Origin: an uncultured delta proteobacterium
GTDB lineage: Bacteria; Myxococcota; Myxococcia; Myxococcales; Myxococcaceae
Length of the DNA: 64,000 bases
Direction of reading: 5' to 3'
Assembly (NCBI GenBank): GCA_963771175.1
Contig: CAVYSY010000052.1
Coordinates: 1-64,000, forward strand
The notes beneath the pieces were generated by a model. That model did no database searches. It worked only from the letters and a program-made list of their open reading frames with translations, and was not told the origin of the DNA. How positions within the stretch are numbered: the first letter of the stretch is position 1; every line of letters starts with the position of its first letter. A program made the translations under genes and the position numbers. Below are positions 1 through 11,289 of the stretch, one piece after another.

Positions 1-754
1 AAGAAACTATATAAAGGTTTTATCATGGCATTAAGTATGTTTACGGTACTTCCAACACCATATGTTGAATGGGATGATGAGGGTGTAAAAAATATGATGA
101 AATTTTATCCTATTGTTGGTTTGATAATTGGTGTCATATGGAGTATAACGTATTATTTAAGTACTATTTTTAATATATCAATTATTTTAAAAAGTGTGAT
201 AATTATGATAGTTCCGTTTTGTATTACAGGAATGTTACATTTAGATGGATTTATGGATGTATGTGATGCAATTCTTTCTAGAAGAGATAGGAAGAAAAGC
301 TTAGAATATTAAAGGATTTTACTATAGGAGCATTTTCAGTAATATCATTAATAATTTTATTTTTTTTGCAATTTGGAGGGGTATATTCTATTTTAGAAAA
401 AAATGTTCCCATTTATATATTTACTTTAATTCCAATAGTAAGCAGAAGTACCGTAGCATTTTTTCTTTTAAGTAGAACAACTATAAAAGAAAGTACTCTT
501 GGAACTTATTTTAAAAAAGGAACTAATGGTAAAGATATAATTATTATGATAGTCTCCTTATTAATAATGTACATGATTTCATTTGTTTTCCTAAGAAATT
601 ATGGGATATTATTGGTTTCATTAATTATTTTAGGTGTTACATGTTCAGTGGAGAAATGCAAAAAAGAGTTTGGTGGAATATCAGGGGACGTGCAGGCTTT
701 GCTCTAGTAGTAGGAGAGGTAGTAGGAATACTAACTTTGAGCATAATGTTATGA
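1..754 (+). CDS. cobS: Adenosylcobinamide-GDP ribazoletransferase (cobalamin synthase), 5' partial, frameshifted
   Basis: [16 protein letters not shown] and [11 protein letters not shown] motifs, hydrophobic; ORFs 25-312 and 366-707 join via indels near 300 and 690; reading on ends at TGA 754. Confidence 0.9.
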
Positions 755-772
755 TTTTGGAGGAGAAACTTA

Positions 773-1150
773 ATGATTTTGATCTTTGGTGGAGCTTATA
801 ATGGAAAACTTAGAATTTGTAAAGGAAAAGTATGAAGTAAGTAATGATGATATATTTTTTTGCACTAATAAGAACTTTAGAATTTGATAAAAAAGTCTTG
901 TGCGGTTTACATATTTTTACAAAAGCTTGTGTTTTAAACAACATTAATTCATTAGAGACTTTGGAAAATAATATAGCAAAACTTAAAGGATAAGATAATA
1001 ATTTGTGATGAAATAAACTCTGGAATTGTTCCAATGGGTAAATTAGATAGAGCTTGGAGAGAAGAAACAGGACGTGTATTACAATTATTAACAAAACATT
1101 CTTCATCAGTATATAGAATATTCTTCGGATTGCAAGAAGAACTTAAGTAG
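773..1150 (+). CDS. Short CobU/CobP-like adenosylcobinamide kinase/guanylyltransferase family protein, frameshifted
   Basis: GGAGGAG RBS then MILIFGGAYNGK; later IIICDEI..GIVPM..R.WRE.TGR-like stretch across frames; cob operon context. Confidence 0.7.
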
Positions 1151-1355
1151 AGAACCCAAATCTATGATTTGGTGTGAATCACTTACTCAGCGAACGAATG
1201 TGAGTCGAGTTTCCTTAAGTAAGTGAGAGTCCAAATCTATGATTTGGTTCCTCGAACTTAGCTAATGCCCCAAAGGGCATTAGCCTCCGTTAAAAAGATT
1301 TGTGATAGTCGCTTACTCTGTGAGCACTCAGCGAACAAATGTGAGTTGCTCACAT
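1151..1355. repeat. Structured intergenic repeat (REP/MITE-like)
   Basis: CCAAATC-TAT-GATTTGG at 1156-1172 and 1231-1247; CTCAGCGAACRAATGTGAGT at 1186-1205 and 1327-1346; perfect hairpin GCTAATGCCC-CAAA-GGGCATTAGC at 1261-1284. Confidence 0.75.
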
Positions 1356-1429
1356 GAAAAGTTTACTGTAAAGAAAGGCGGGTGAAAATTAGTGATAGAT
1401 TATATATAAATTATCACTAATAATAATTT

Positions 1430-2049
1430 ATGAATGAAATTAAATTATATTTAATTAGACATGGAAAAACTTATTGTAATGAAAAAAAATTATATTGTGG
1501 GAAAAGTGATGTTGATTTAAGTGAAAATGGAATTTATCAGTTAAGGGAAAATGTAAAAAAGAATGAATATCCAAAGTGTGATTTTTATTTTACCAGTGGA
1601 GCTAAAAGAGCAAATCAAACTTTAGAAATTCTTTGCCCAGGAAATAAATATAATATTTTAGCAAAATTTTTTGAATATGATTTTGGAGATTTTGAATTAA
1701 AGGGATATGAAGATATAAAATTAAAAAAGGAATATACAGATTGGATTGATGATACAGAAGGAAATATAAAATGCCCAAATGGTGAAAGTAAAACTGAATT
1801 TAGAAAAAGGGTTAAAGAAGGATTTGCAGAACTTATAGAATATTTTATAAAAGAAAATATAAAAACTGCTTTGGGGTAACTCATGGTGGAACTATAGGTA
1901 TGATATTAGAGATGCTATATGATGATAAAAAGAAGTTTTATGAGTGGCAACCTGAAAATGGTGAAGGATATGAACTAACTATAAATGTAAAAGAAAATGG
2001 GGAATTTAAAATAGATAAAGTAGTTCAAAGAGGAGCATTACATGATTGA
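1430..2049 (+). CDS. cobC: Histidine phosphatase (CobC-like alpha-ribazole phosphatase), frameshift near 1875
   Basis: LYLIRHGKT motif, EYDFGDFE, PNGES; VTHGG in shifted frame to TGA 2049. Confidence 0.8.
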
Positions 2050-3003
2050 GTTAGCAATAGGATTTATTTTAGATATGATAATTGGAGACCCTAATAATCC
2101 ATTTCACCCAGTTAGAGGAATTGGATATATTGCGAAAAAATTTGAAATAATATTTAGAAAAGTATTTTAAAAAATTATTTAAAACTTGCAGGATTTATGA
2201 CTTGGATTTTTACAGTTATATTAACTTTTGCAATTACCTTTGAAATTGTTAATTTATCTAAGAATTTTAGTATTTATTTAGGATTTATTTTAGAAGGAAT
2301 TTTAATATATTTTTGTATATCAGCAAAAGGCTTGGTTGTTGAAGGATATAAGGTTATTAAGTTTTTGTTAAAAGATGATTTAGAGGGTGCAAGAAAACAA
2401 TTATCATTTATTGTAGGACGTGACACTCAAAGTTTGAATAAAGAAGGAATAATAAAAGCAGTTATTGAAACTATAGCTGAAAATATGGCAGATGGTGTTA
2501 TAGCACCTTTGTTTTATGCAGGAATTTTTGGAGCACCATTAGCTTTTGCATATAAGGCAGTTAATACTTTAGATTCAATGTTTGGATATAAGAATGATAA
2601 ATATATGGATTTTGGATATTTTCCAGCTAAATTAGATGATGTTTTTAATTATATTCCAGCTAGAATAACAGGTATATTAATAGTCATATCTGCAAAAATA
2701 TTAAGGTATGATGCTAAAAACAGTTTTAAGGTATACAAAAGAGATAGATATAATCATACAAGTCCAAATAGTGCTCATCCAGAAGCTGCAATGGCTGGAG
2801 CGCTTGGAGTACAACTTGGAGGAGCAAATTACTATTTTGGGAAACTTGTAGAAAAGCCAACAATAGGTGATAAGCTTAAGGAAATTAATATTGAAGATGT
2901 TTTAAAAACAGGCAGAGTACTTTATTTAGCATCTTTTTTAGGATTTGTAATTGCATTATTTATTAGAGGGATAATTATAATGCTATTTAATCGTAAGCTA
3001 TAG
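2042..3003 (+). CDS. cbiB: Adenosylcobinamide-phosphate synthase CbiB/CobD, frameshift near 2165
   Basis: IIGDP..HPV, IVGRDT, ENMADGVIAPLFY, YKAVNTLDSMFGY, SPNSAHPEAAMAGAL. Confidence 0.93.
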
Positions 3004-3173
3004 TAAAATAAATACATAAATTAATTAACATAAGGACTTGTTAATTTTTTAATTGTTGTTGGATTTGGTGGACACCCTTCGGCGAAGGACTTTTTGGCGA
3101 AATATCTGAAAAAGAAGGCGGAACAAGACGCCCCCACCGCCCCTGACAATGCGCCCACCGCATAGGTGAACAA

Positions 3174-3329
3174 ATGGACGCCGAAGAATTCTACGAATAT
3201 CACGATGTAATCAATCCAGAAGGCGATTTTGCCTGTCCGACTTGCGGAGAATTCATTCCAGGCTTCTGTAAAGAAGACGAAGATAGTGTAACTTGCCCAA
3301 ATTGTGGCAACACATTCAATAGAGAATAG
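3174..3329 (+). CDS. 51-aa acidic Zn-ribbon protein (below ORF-track cutoff)
   Basis: Manual translation MDAEEFYEYHDVINPEGDFACPTCGEFIPGFCKEDEDSVTCPNCGNTFNRE*; AGGTGA upstream; followed by terminator-like hairpin. Confidence 0.7.
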   Translation: MDAEEFYEYHDVINPEGDFACPTCGEFIPGFCKEDEDSVTCPNCGNTFNRE

Positions 3330-3355
3330 GCAATCTTCTGGAATTCCTGCCCTAA

Positions 3356-3391
3356 CGCCGTTGGCAACATTTGCTGGCGGCGTTTCTTTTT
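3356..3391 (+). terminator. Putative intrinsic terminator
   Basis: CGCCGTTGGCAA-CAT-TTGCTGGCGGCG stem (with G-U pairs) followed by TTTCTTTTT. Confidence 0.55.
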
Positions 3392-4019
3392 TGGTGGAAT
3401 TATTCGCCCGTCTAATTTGGTGGCATTCTTGCCCTATCTACGCCCGCCAAGATTGAAATTGGGGGTGCCCCCCAAACCCCCGTGTTCAAGGAAGAAGAAG
3501 AATTAGTTGTGTATGTGCCGCCCGCGAAATTCTCGCCTTCGTTTGCTAATAATGTTTACTATTTTGGTGATGATTCCACTGCCCGCCGTTACAGTCACGG
3601 ACATAACTATCGTGGTGGTATGACTTTGCGTAATCTGCCCGCCAAATGCCCGCCATTTTCCAAGAATTTGCTTGTCAAGTCCTACTTAGAATGGATAATT
3701 TGGGTTTCCTGTCTTACTTTCCTATGTTTTTTGCCCACTTTCTTTTTTGGTTATTATTTATCGTCCTTCTGGAAATAACGTTTCAATAAGGATAGATAAC
3801 GATTGGATTATAATTGAAATGGATATTTTGCGTTGTGAATTTGGAGGTGGAATAATAGGTTAGTTTGCCCGCCCGCCTGCCATTTTGGCATATTCCTTTA
3901 CTTTCTTGCCCGTCAAAACCATACTTCCTGTGAGAGTTTACAACACACTTACCTTGTCGGTTTGTGTGCCAGAAATGTGTTTTTTGATATTTCTTTTTCC
4001 AGAATTAGGAGTGTTAGAC

Positions 4020-4229
4020 ATGACCAAGAAGACAGTAGTAGAACCGCCCACGCCGCCCGCCAAACTTTACATTGCCGAACCGTTTGTATGTTTTCATCAG
4101 AAGTGTAGAGAATGTCATTGCGACATTGCCGAACTATTGCCAGTGCGGGTATGTAAATGTTTTGATGAATTGTTTGTAAATTGTCCGCAATGCGAATCAC
4201 AACATAAAATCATCCTGTCTATAATGTAG
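4020..4229 (+). CDS. Small Cys-rich (Zn-binding) hypothetical protein
   Basis: AGGAG RBS; MTKKTV... with CREC and CPQC pairs. Confidence 0.6.
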   Translation: MTKKTVVEPPTPPAKLYIAEPFVCFHQKCRECHCDIAELLPVRVCKCFDELFVNCPQCESQHKIILSIM

Positions 4230-4289
4230 CAATTCGTTGAAATGTTTGTTTGTGTTTTTTGTATTACCACTTTTTTAGGAGTTTGTGTT

Positions 4290-4589
4290 ATGGCAAAGAA
4301 GAAAGAACCTATTGGCGTTGTGTTCAAGACAGGAATAAAAGATGGTATTTTCGTAATCAATGAAGGCAATGGCGTAAAGTTTGTCGCCAATGTGTTTACA
4401 CATCCATTTACCTGTAAATGTTGTTATGGCGCATTGCTGGACTATAATCACTTTTATGAACGAGGAAATAAGCAATTCGTCGTGTGCCATCTATGCGGTG
4501 CCGAATTACAGACGAAAGACATATACGATATGGGTGGAAATGATTTTCGCCCACAACATGTTGTGAATTCTACTGGACACAGTATGTAA
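4290..4589 (+). CDS. Small Zn-ribbon hypothetical protein
   Basis: AGGAG RBS; CKCC and CHLC pairs; hairpin plus T-run downstream (~4612-4648). Confidence 0.6.
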   Translation: MAKKKEPIGVVFKTGIKDGIFVINEGNGVKFVANVFTHPFTCKCCYGALLDYNHFYERGNKQFVVCHLCGAELQTKDIYDMGGNDFRPQHVVNSTGHSM

Positions 4590-4785
4590 TTCTATTGTAT
4601 TATCTAATCAAGATTGTCGGCGTAATTGCTGGCGACCTTTTTTGTTTGTGGTTTTCCACATAGTTATTTAGTGAAAATAGAAAGAATTGTGTGTTTTGTG
4701 GATAGGAAATCAGTGTATAGAAATAGTAGAGTGATGATGTTTCAATAAAAAAACCCTAACGGTTGGTGGTGCCGAAAGGGTTGTT

Positions 4786-6563
4786 ATGCGATACGCCACC
4801 TTGGAGGAACATTCCAAAATGACTGCTCACTTATATAATACACTGGATTTGCCCAAAGTAAAGACAGAATCCACATATATTCTACGGTTTTCTATTCCAG
4901 AAACGGTTGACTTATTTGCCCACCCCGCCAACCATAGAACCAACATCGGGTTTATTCTGAATTATTTAGCGAAGTATGACGATTTCGCCCCACACCAAAT
5001 CAAATCAACATTGTTGGACAGAAAGTTGGGCAAGGGTTATCGGCGAACATTGATTGATTATCTTGTGAAGGATGTAAAATACATAACTACGGATGGAAAG
5101 TATTGGAATGCCAACCAACCAGATAGGAATATCAAAGGCGGCAGATGTATAAAGTATGCGTTATCGCAAACATTTCGCGGCGTGCCCTGTAAGGTTGTGG
5201 AAATTGAGGATAAGAAATACTTCGCCCGTTTGGACAGAAGGAAAACGAAGAAGGGTTTGCCCGCCCGCGATTTGACCCCCGCCGAAAAAAAGCGTTTCAA
5301 CAATCAAACGAAGTATTTGCGTAAGTGTTTATCATTAGTGGGTTTGGCGATGCCCGCCGATAGTGAATTGGACGAATTGGCAAACGACAAATTGAAGCGA
5401 TATCGCGAGACACACCCCAAGATTGACTTGGATGTATTGCCAGACGGTGCCGCCCCCGACGACGAAACACCCGCCCAAGTGCTATGGAAGAAATTCCGCC
5501 AAAAGTATGTCAACACGGTGGACGCCTTCAATGAAGACCGAAAAGGCGGCAGTATTAGCGATTTTGGACGGTATGACCACAAACTTGTTCAGATTACGCA
5601 AAGACCTACGGAAATGGTTGTATGTCGGCACGGATGCCACTAAATGCGGACTTTGGCAATCGGATGTAAAGGCGTGTCAAATCGGCACGCAACTACTTGC
5701 CGCCCGCCTATGGCATTCCCTGCCCATGAAACGGTTGAACTACATTACCGCGAAGACAGTAATTGAGCATAACCACAATTCGCGGAAAAGTATAGGAATA
5801 ATGATAATTCCACTGATAAAGCAATAATTGTATGTTGCCCGCCAAATTCTTCTATTATTTATACTTCTAATGATAATGTTACTGTAGCAAGCAATAACAA
5901 TCAATACTATAATAGCAATACATTATATAGTCTAGAGATCGTAACGAAAGTAGTGCTAATACATTATCTTGCCGTTTTGTGGAAGAGTCCTTTGGCAGAA
6001 ACACGAAATACGCTACAAAACAAGGACTTTTTCGCTGATTTGCTGGCATATTTGGCACCCTCAAAAAACGCCGACATTGAATGTGGAAAACCGAAAAACG
6101 CCAAAGATTTCCAGAATATGACGCGAAGTTATTTCGAGAATAGATTTTCTGGAAAGTCTCTAGGACAAACACCAAATAATAACGCTAATAATTTATCTGG
6201 AAAACCAAGAAAGATACCGCAAAAACAATTGTCCATCGTGCCCTACATTCTAAACACGCCGCGTTAGCAGAATACATCGACGCCGCAAAAGGCGAGTGGG
6301 TGGACATTCCTTGGCACAAAAGAAACGAAGATTGGCAATACAAACACTGCTCGCAATTGGCACAACGCATAGAAAGTAGAATAATGATAGATATAATCGT
6401 GAAGCGTATCTCCAGAAATACCGAAATGTGGTTGTTGACCCTACACGACTGTATTTTGACAACAAACAAAGAAGACGCCACGATTGTAGATAAGATAATC
6501 CGCGAAGTGTGGACGGAATTAGGATTGCCAATACAAGTTACCACAAAACCATTTTTAGAATAG
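4786..6563 (+). CDS. Divergent family-A polymerase-like (TV-Pol-like) replication protein, multiply frameshifted
   Basis: Joining ORFs 4786-5643, 5423-5827, 5953-6267, 6300-6563 gives FGR..TNLFRLRKDLR, WQSDVKACQ (motif A-like), LAQRIES and LTLHDCIL (motif C-like). Confidence 0.6.
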
Positions 6564-7035
6564 CGGACATCGTTTGTAGAGCGAAGTTAGAAAGGAAATG
6601 AATAATATGTGGTTTGTCGGCATTCCTTCGTAAAATGAAGCGTAGGCGTTTGGCGGCATTCCGAAACATCCCCCGAAAATGTTTCATTTGCGGATGGACT
6701 TTCTTTCATTTTTCCTATTCCACTTCTTCTAAAACATCTTATTTTACGCTACTTTCGCAAAATCGCCAAAAACAAAACATTAGAAATTCACCACGATTTT
6801 CTTTCTTGGTGTAAATAATAGTAGGTAGAGAAGGCGTCATAACTTCGCTATCGTCTCCATATTGGGGGTGGCGTTTCTTGGTTCGCCGCCCCCTTTTCAA
6901 CTAGTGCGAAAGAATAACCAGCGGGACTAACCTCAACTCGGTTTCTATGGACGAACGGGAAACGACGCTGGTTATTCAATCGTTTGTTACAGAAAAGGTT
7001 GTGGACACATTCCACGCTGTTTAGAAGAGAAAAGG

Positions 7036-7314
7036 TTGTGTTATGAGAGAAAAAGTGTTGACTGCATTGAATGTCAAAAAGTGAAAAAAATGGCAACACG
7101 CGGACAATGCCAAAATAGTATTGCCCGCGATTTCGGCGTAAGTGAAGCAACGATTAGCAGAATTGTAAATAGTAAAGACGATAATATCGCCCATTCTAAA
7201 AGGATGTTTTCACTATTGGCAAAGTTGGTGGAAGAAATGACGGCAAAAGATGAAAAGGCGAAAATGTACCCCCGCCCGCCATCCAGAAATACAAACAAAG
7301 GATTGGAATTATGA
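7036..7314 (+). CDS. Helix-turn-helix DNA-binding protein
   Basis: GQCQNSIARDFGVSEATISRIVN is a canonical HTH. Confidence 0.75.
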   Translation: MCYERKSVDCIECQKVKKMATRGQCQNSIARDFGVSEATISRIVNSKDDNIAHSKRMFSLLAKLVEEMTAKDEKAKMYPRPPSRNTNKGLEL

Positions 7315-7661
7315 ATAATCCAGAATTAGTTTTAGCATTTCAGAAATGGATGGAAAAAGATAATCGCCACAAAATCGCAATGGGTATATTTGACGAAGAC
7401 GGTAAAAACCGCAATCTTTGTAGAAATCCAGAAGATGTAGGACACGAAGACGGATTGCCACAAGGAAAAGAGCAAGACAATTTACCAGAGAAGAAAGAAT
7501 ATGTGCCCGTTCACGACGCCGCAATACAATCAAAACCCGCTATTTCTGGATTGATAACTACTTCGGAAAATGTAATCGGACTTTTAGCAAACGCCAATCT
7601 TGAACTACGCAAGGAAGTTTCCGCCTTACGAAACGAGGTAAAAGTTAGTTTTAGAAGATAA
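7311..7661 (+). CDS. Hypothetical protein with C-terminal coiled coil
   Basis: ATGA overlap with HTH gene; ANLELRKEVSALRNEV heptads. Confidence 0.5.
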   Translation: MNNPELVLAFQKWMEKDNRHKIAMGIFDEDGKNRNLCRNPEDVGHEDGLPQGKEQDNLPEKKEYVPVHDAAIQSKPAISGLITTSENVIGLLANANLELRKEVSALRNEVKVSFRR

Positions 7662-7785
7662 TGGAAGGTTTGGCGAAAACCATTCCCACAAAATCTTATG
7701 ATTGGAGTAAGGGGGAGGACCCCGAAGAACGCCGAAAATACTTTGAGTGGATAAAAATACACCCTTTGACAGGAATAAACGAACA

Positions 7786-8163
7786 ATGAAAAACAGCAAT
7801 ATCAAGGTAAGAGCGACGCCCGCAAAGAAAATCGCCAAGGTAAAACGCACAATTGTCAAAAACACCGCATTTATAGAAAGAAAAGATATGCCGCGACGGT
7901 TTACCACATTACAGACAAAAGATATTTACCCCGCTAATCCAAGTGGACGGAATAAACTAATTGACAGTAAATCCACTTTGGAGGAACGGGTTCAGCAAAT
8001 GTGGTTGAACAATGTGCGGGACGTAAGAGATATTGCCCTTCTGGTTTCAACGGTTGAACCGACAAAGATGATAACAGAAATGGACACTTTCGGCGACCCA
8101 TTCACGAGAAATAGAAAATCCTACTTTTACTTCTATTTTGCGGAAGGTGTTCGCCATTTGTGA
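7786..8163 (+). CDS. Basic hypothetical protein, possibly DUF5681/terminase-small-subunit-like
   Basis: K/R-rich N-terminus and ANPSGR resembling the GNPxGR motif; weak. Confidence 0.35.
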   Translation: MKNSNIKVRATPAKKIAKVKRTIVKNTAFIERKDMPRRFTTLQTKDIYPANPSGRNKLIDSKSTLEERVQQMWLNNVRDVRDIALLVSTVEPTKMITEMDTFGDPFTRNRKSYFYFYFAEGVRHL

Positions 8164-8895
8164 AGATTTAGAAAAAGGCATTAGATATTAGAATATAGCG
8201 AATTGTTTTTGCTATGGAAATGGCAGTTTGTTTGTTAGCGACAAATTGCGGAAAAAATGAATGGCGGCGGAAGTAGCGTGATACCCCTATTTCTTGCCGC
8301 CATTTTTGTTTTGATAACCCCGCTTACTATTATGTGCTTTGATTACAGTGTAGAAAAATCGTCCGACCCACAGAAACACGACCCGCGATTTCTGACGAAG
8401 TAAATAAAACGGGGGGCGTGTTTATAAAATACCCTACTTATCTATCTTGTTTCGTGGCCCGCGAAAATTTGCAGGAAAAAATTATCGTGTTTGGCATAAA
8501 TCTTGAATGTGAAAATAGATAAAGTGTGTTTTGTTGTGCCAAGTGTTGACAATCCGTGAAGATTTTCCGCCCGAGTGGTATACCTATAAAGAGTGTAATA
8601 GTGATAGTATGTTAGTGTGGTGGCGGTGGCGTGCCGAATTGCCGAGAATTACCGGTGGCGGTGGCGACCCCGAGAAAAAAACAGAAGAGGTATTGACAAA
8701 ATCGGCGAAGTGTGAATTTCCTGAAAACGCCCCCCCGATATAGCGAGACCACACGAAAAAAACTACTATACAGGTGTTTACCAATATCAGACGCTTGGAT
8801 GGTGCTTTGATGACATTATAGCACAGCCACGACACAGCCCAAAATTGCGAACGACGCAAAGTGTTTGCCCGCCAGTAGTTAGCGAAATATAAATA

Positions 8896-9890
8896 AGTGA
8901 CGATGATCCATATCCCAGGTCCGGCCGTTATCGCGACTGACCACGGCCTCGATGCCGAATTGCGGATAACCGTCGGAGGCGTCGATATACCCCTTGCGCA
9001 CCACGTAGGTCATCACCATGTCGCCATTGGGCATGACAATGATGCTCACGTGATGCCTGCCCCAATCGTATAGTTTATTGACCTTGGACCATGTGTGCCC
9101 GTCGTCTTTGGATACGGATACCCCGAGGCCTTCATAGTGGTCGATCTCCGGCGGAAACGCTCAGGTACAACCGTTCTGCAAGCCGCGACGAGATCGCCAT
9201 TCGGTGCACGTGCGATGTAGACTTCGTTGACGCCGTCCCATTCGAGGAACCTTGATCGCCTCGCCCCACGTACGTCCACCATCCATGCTGGATCGCATAT
9301 ACGCCTGTGCTGCACCGCCAGATTCCGTGTCACCTGCACAGGTATAACCGGTTTCCAGCAGCCGGAGTACCGTGCCTGTTTTTGGGTCCCTGTCGACCAG
9401 TGCCGGGTCCCAATTGGCCCATAACCTCATACCGGAAGGAGTTTCGACTTTGACGGGGTTCCCCCAGGTGTCACCATAATCGGTACTGAACCAGCGCGCT
9501 TCGCCGGCGTAGAGCATCAGTTTCCCATTTCCCAGGTACGTAAGGCCGACTCCCATGCCGGTATCCGGTTTGCCGTCCGCACCCACATGGACGTATCGGT
9601 TCTTCGGTCCAGGTCTCGCCACGATCATTGCTGCTGACGACAACTGCCTGATGCGGATACCCTGCACCGGCGAGCATCAGAAGGTCGGTCCTTTTCCGGC
9701 ATGTAGACCATAAAAGGCACCGTGAAGACGCCATCCTGTTTCTCGGACATCATCTGGAACATTCCTTGCAAGTCCACGAAGCCCGATTGTCCATTGAGTT
9801 GGCGGACCACATCGGAGACCCAGCCGGCCGAGCATGAGGAAGCAAGCACGGCAGTCAGAGAGCATACAATGACAGGAAATATGAGTTTCT
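8896..9890 (-). CDS. Secreted BNR/Asp-box sialidase-like glycoside hydrolase, partial and frameshifted
   Basis: Five Asp-boxes across frames: SNDRGETW, STDYGDTW, SMDGGRTW, SKDDGHTW, SRDNGRTW; signal-like N-terminus. Confidence 0.8.
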
Positions 9891-9894
9891 GCGC

Positions 9895-10219
9895 TGCCGT
9901 GGTACTCGAAACGGTACCGCTGTGGACCTTCCGTTCTGGCATCGCTCAAGATGACGCGAGGCCAGGAATACTCCAGCAGATTGCGCCGGTTGAGCGCCCA
10001 GCCCTCCCGGTCCAGTTCCGAATAGTCTCCCTCCTCGTCGACGTAGAAGCCGAGATTCTCCGCACCGACCGCGTCCACGTAGGTGTCCATCGAGCGCATC
10101 ACCGCTCGCGCCATCTGCGTGTGCGGCCGGCGCATGTAGAAGTCCAGCCGCAAGCCCCCATGTACCCAATCACCTCGGGACTCCGTACGGAGGCGAATTC
10201 TCGGATAACGCTCGCTCAC
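9895..10219 (-). CDS. DUF3396 (TsiV-like) immunity protein, 3'-truncated at junction
   Basis: Highly similar to the N-terminus of 14372-15284 up to RYRFEY, then similarity stops. Confidence 0.75.
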
Positions 10220-11031
10220 CAGAACACTCCTTTCCTTGGGCCAATGAGGTGGACCACCGTACCGAAGGCTTCCTTGTAGATATCGCCTTGGGATTTACCT
10301 GCGTAGCGGTGCCCCGGAGGATACGGCCTCCATTTCGGCTCCTCGTCGAAGTCCACACACCGGAACTTGAAGTCATAGACAGCCTCCACCTGGAGCGGGT
10401 CTCCCATGTGGATGACCACATCGGGCTCCAGCGTCCCCTTCAACTCCTCGCCTCCCTTCTTCAGCAGGGCCGCCTTCTCCTCGGGGCTGATGAGCGACTT
10501 CTCCTTTGTCTCCCTGTTGAAGCGGTAGCGCGGTTTGAGGCTGAAGCCTCCCGGGCGCATCGAGCGCAGCTTCGTCTCCGCGCAATTCAAGGCCACTTCG
10601 TGCATCTCCAACCCGAGCCTCATCGCCCACGTCACGCGCCTGCCACTCGCGTCCACCGTCCATGAGTTGCACTCGTCCTTCTTGGGAACCAGCCCCGCGA
10701 ACGTTCCCTCGTGCCTGAACAGCACCTGCGAGCGGGCCATGTCGGCGCATTCCTGCATCGCCTGCTGGATGGAGGCTCTCGTCGCGTCGTCCAACACCTT
10801 CAGCGCCCCCATCACGACGATGCCCGTCACGTCCACCGTCGCACCCGTCCCACTGGCCACCTCCCTTCCGGCCAGGGTGGCGCAATACGCGGGGTCCCTC
10901 AGACAGCCAGCGCTCACCGTGTCGTTGGCATAGTGACTCGGGACGCCACGGCCCGGAATGCCCACACAGGCCCCGAGCAGCACACTTCCAACGAGCGCCC
11001 ACCCCAAGCGGTGTATGAGCCAGTCCGGCAT
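10216..11031 (-). CDS. Lipoprotein with C-terminal PD-(D/E)xK nuclease-like toxin domain (copy 1)
   Basis: Lipobox LLGAC; EPDVVIH...VYDFKF; overlaps start of DUF3396 gene. Confidence 0.7.
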   Translation of the reverse strand: MPDWLIHRLGWALVGSVLLGACVGIPGRGVPSHYANDTVSAGCLRDPAYCATLAGREVASGTGATVDVTGIVVMGALKVLDDATRASIQQAMQECADMARSQVLFRHEGTFAGLVPKKDECNSWTVDASGRRVTWAMRLGLEMHEVALNCAETKLRSMRPGGFSLKPRYRFNRETKEKSLISPEEKAALLKKGGEELKGTLEPDVVIHMGDPLQVEAVYDFKFRCVDFDEEPKWRPYPPGHRYAGKSQGDIYKEAFGTVVHLIGPRKGVFW

Positions 11032-11289
11032 GTCCTCGTCCTCTCAGGACCGTCGATGTCGCGCCGGCACTCTACGGCGCAAATGAGCTGGGCAGCCATG
11101 CACGCGCACGCCCCACGGTGACGCGTGCCATGGCCCACGCGGGGCACGCCACTTCCCTGCTCCTCACCACGCCTTCCCACGGTCCGCCCGGTTCCCGACG
11201 CCGGCTCGCCCTGGTGCTCGGGGTGGGCGTGCGGAGGCTGACGGACACGGAGTGGTGGCGAATTTGCTGAGGACCTTTCCCGAGCCCCC

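Noticed and set aside
1151..1355. Cobalamin riboswitch or CRISPR array
   Set aside because: No B12-box/GGGAA core recognisable, only two repeat units and no cas genes
3030..8895. Prophage integrated after clostridial cbiB
   Set aside because: No integrase or att repeat, it begins mid-gene, and clostridial sequence does not resume afterwards
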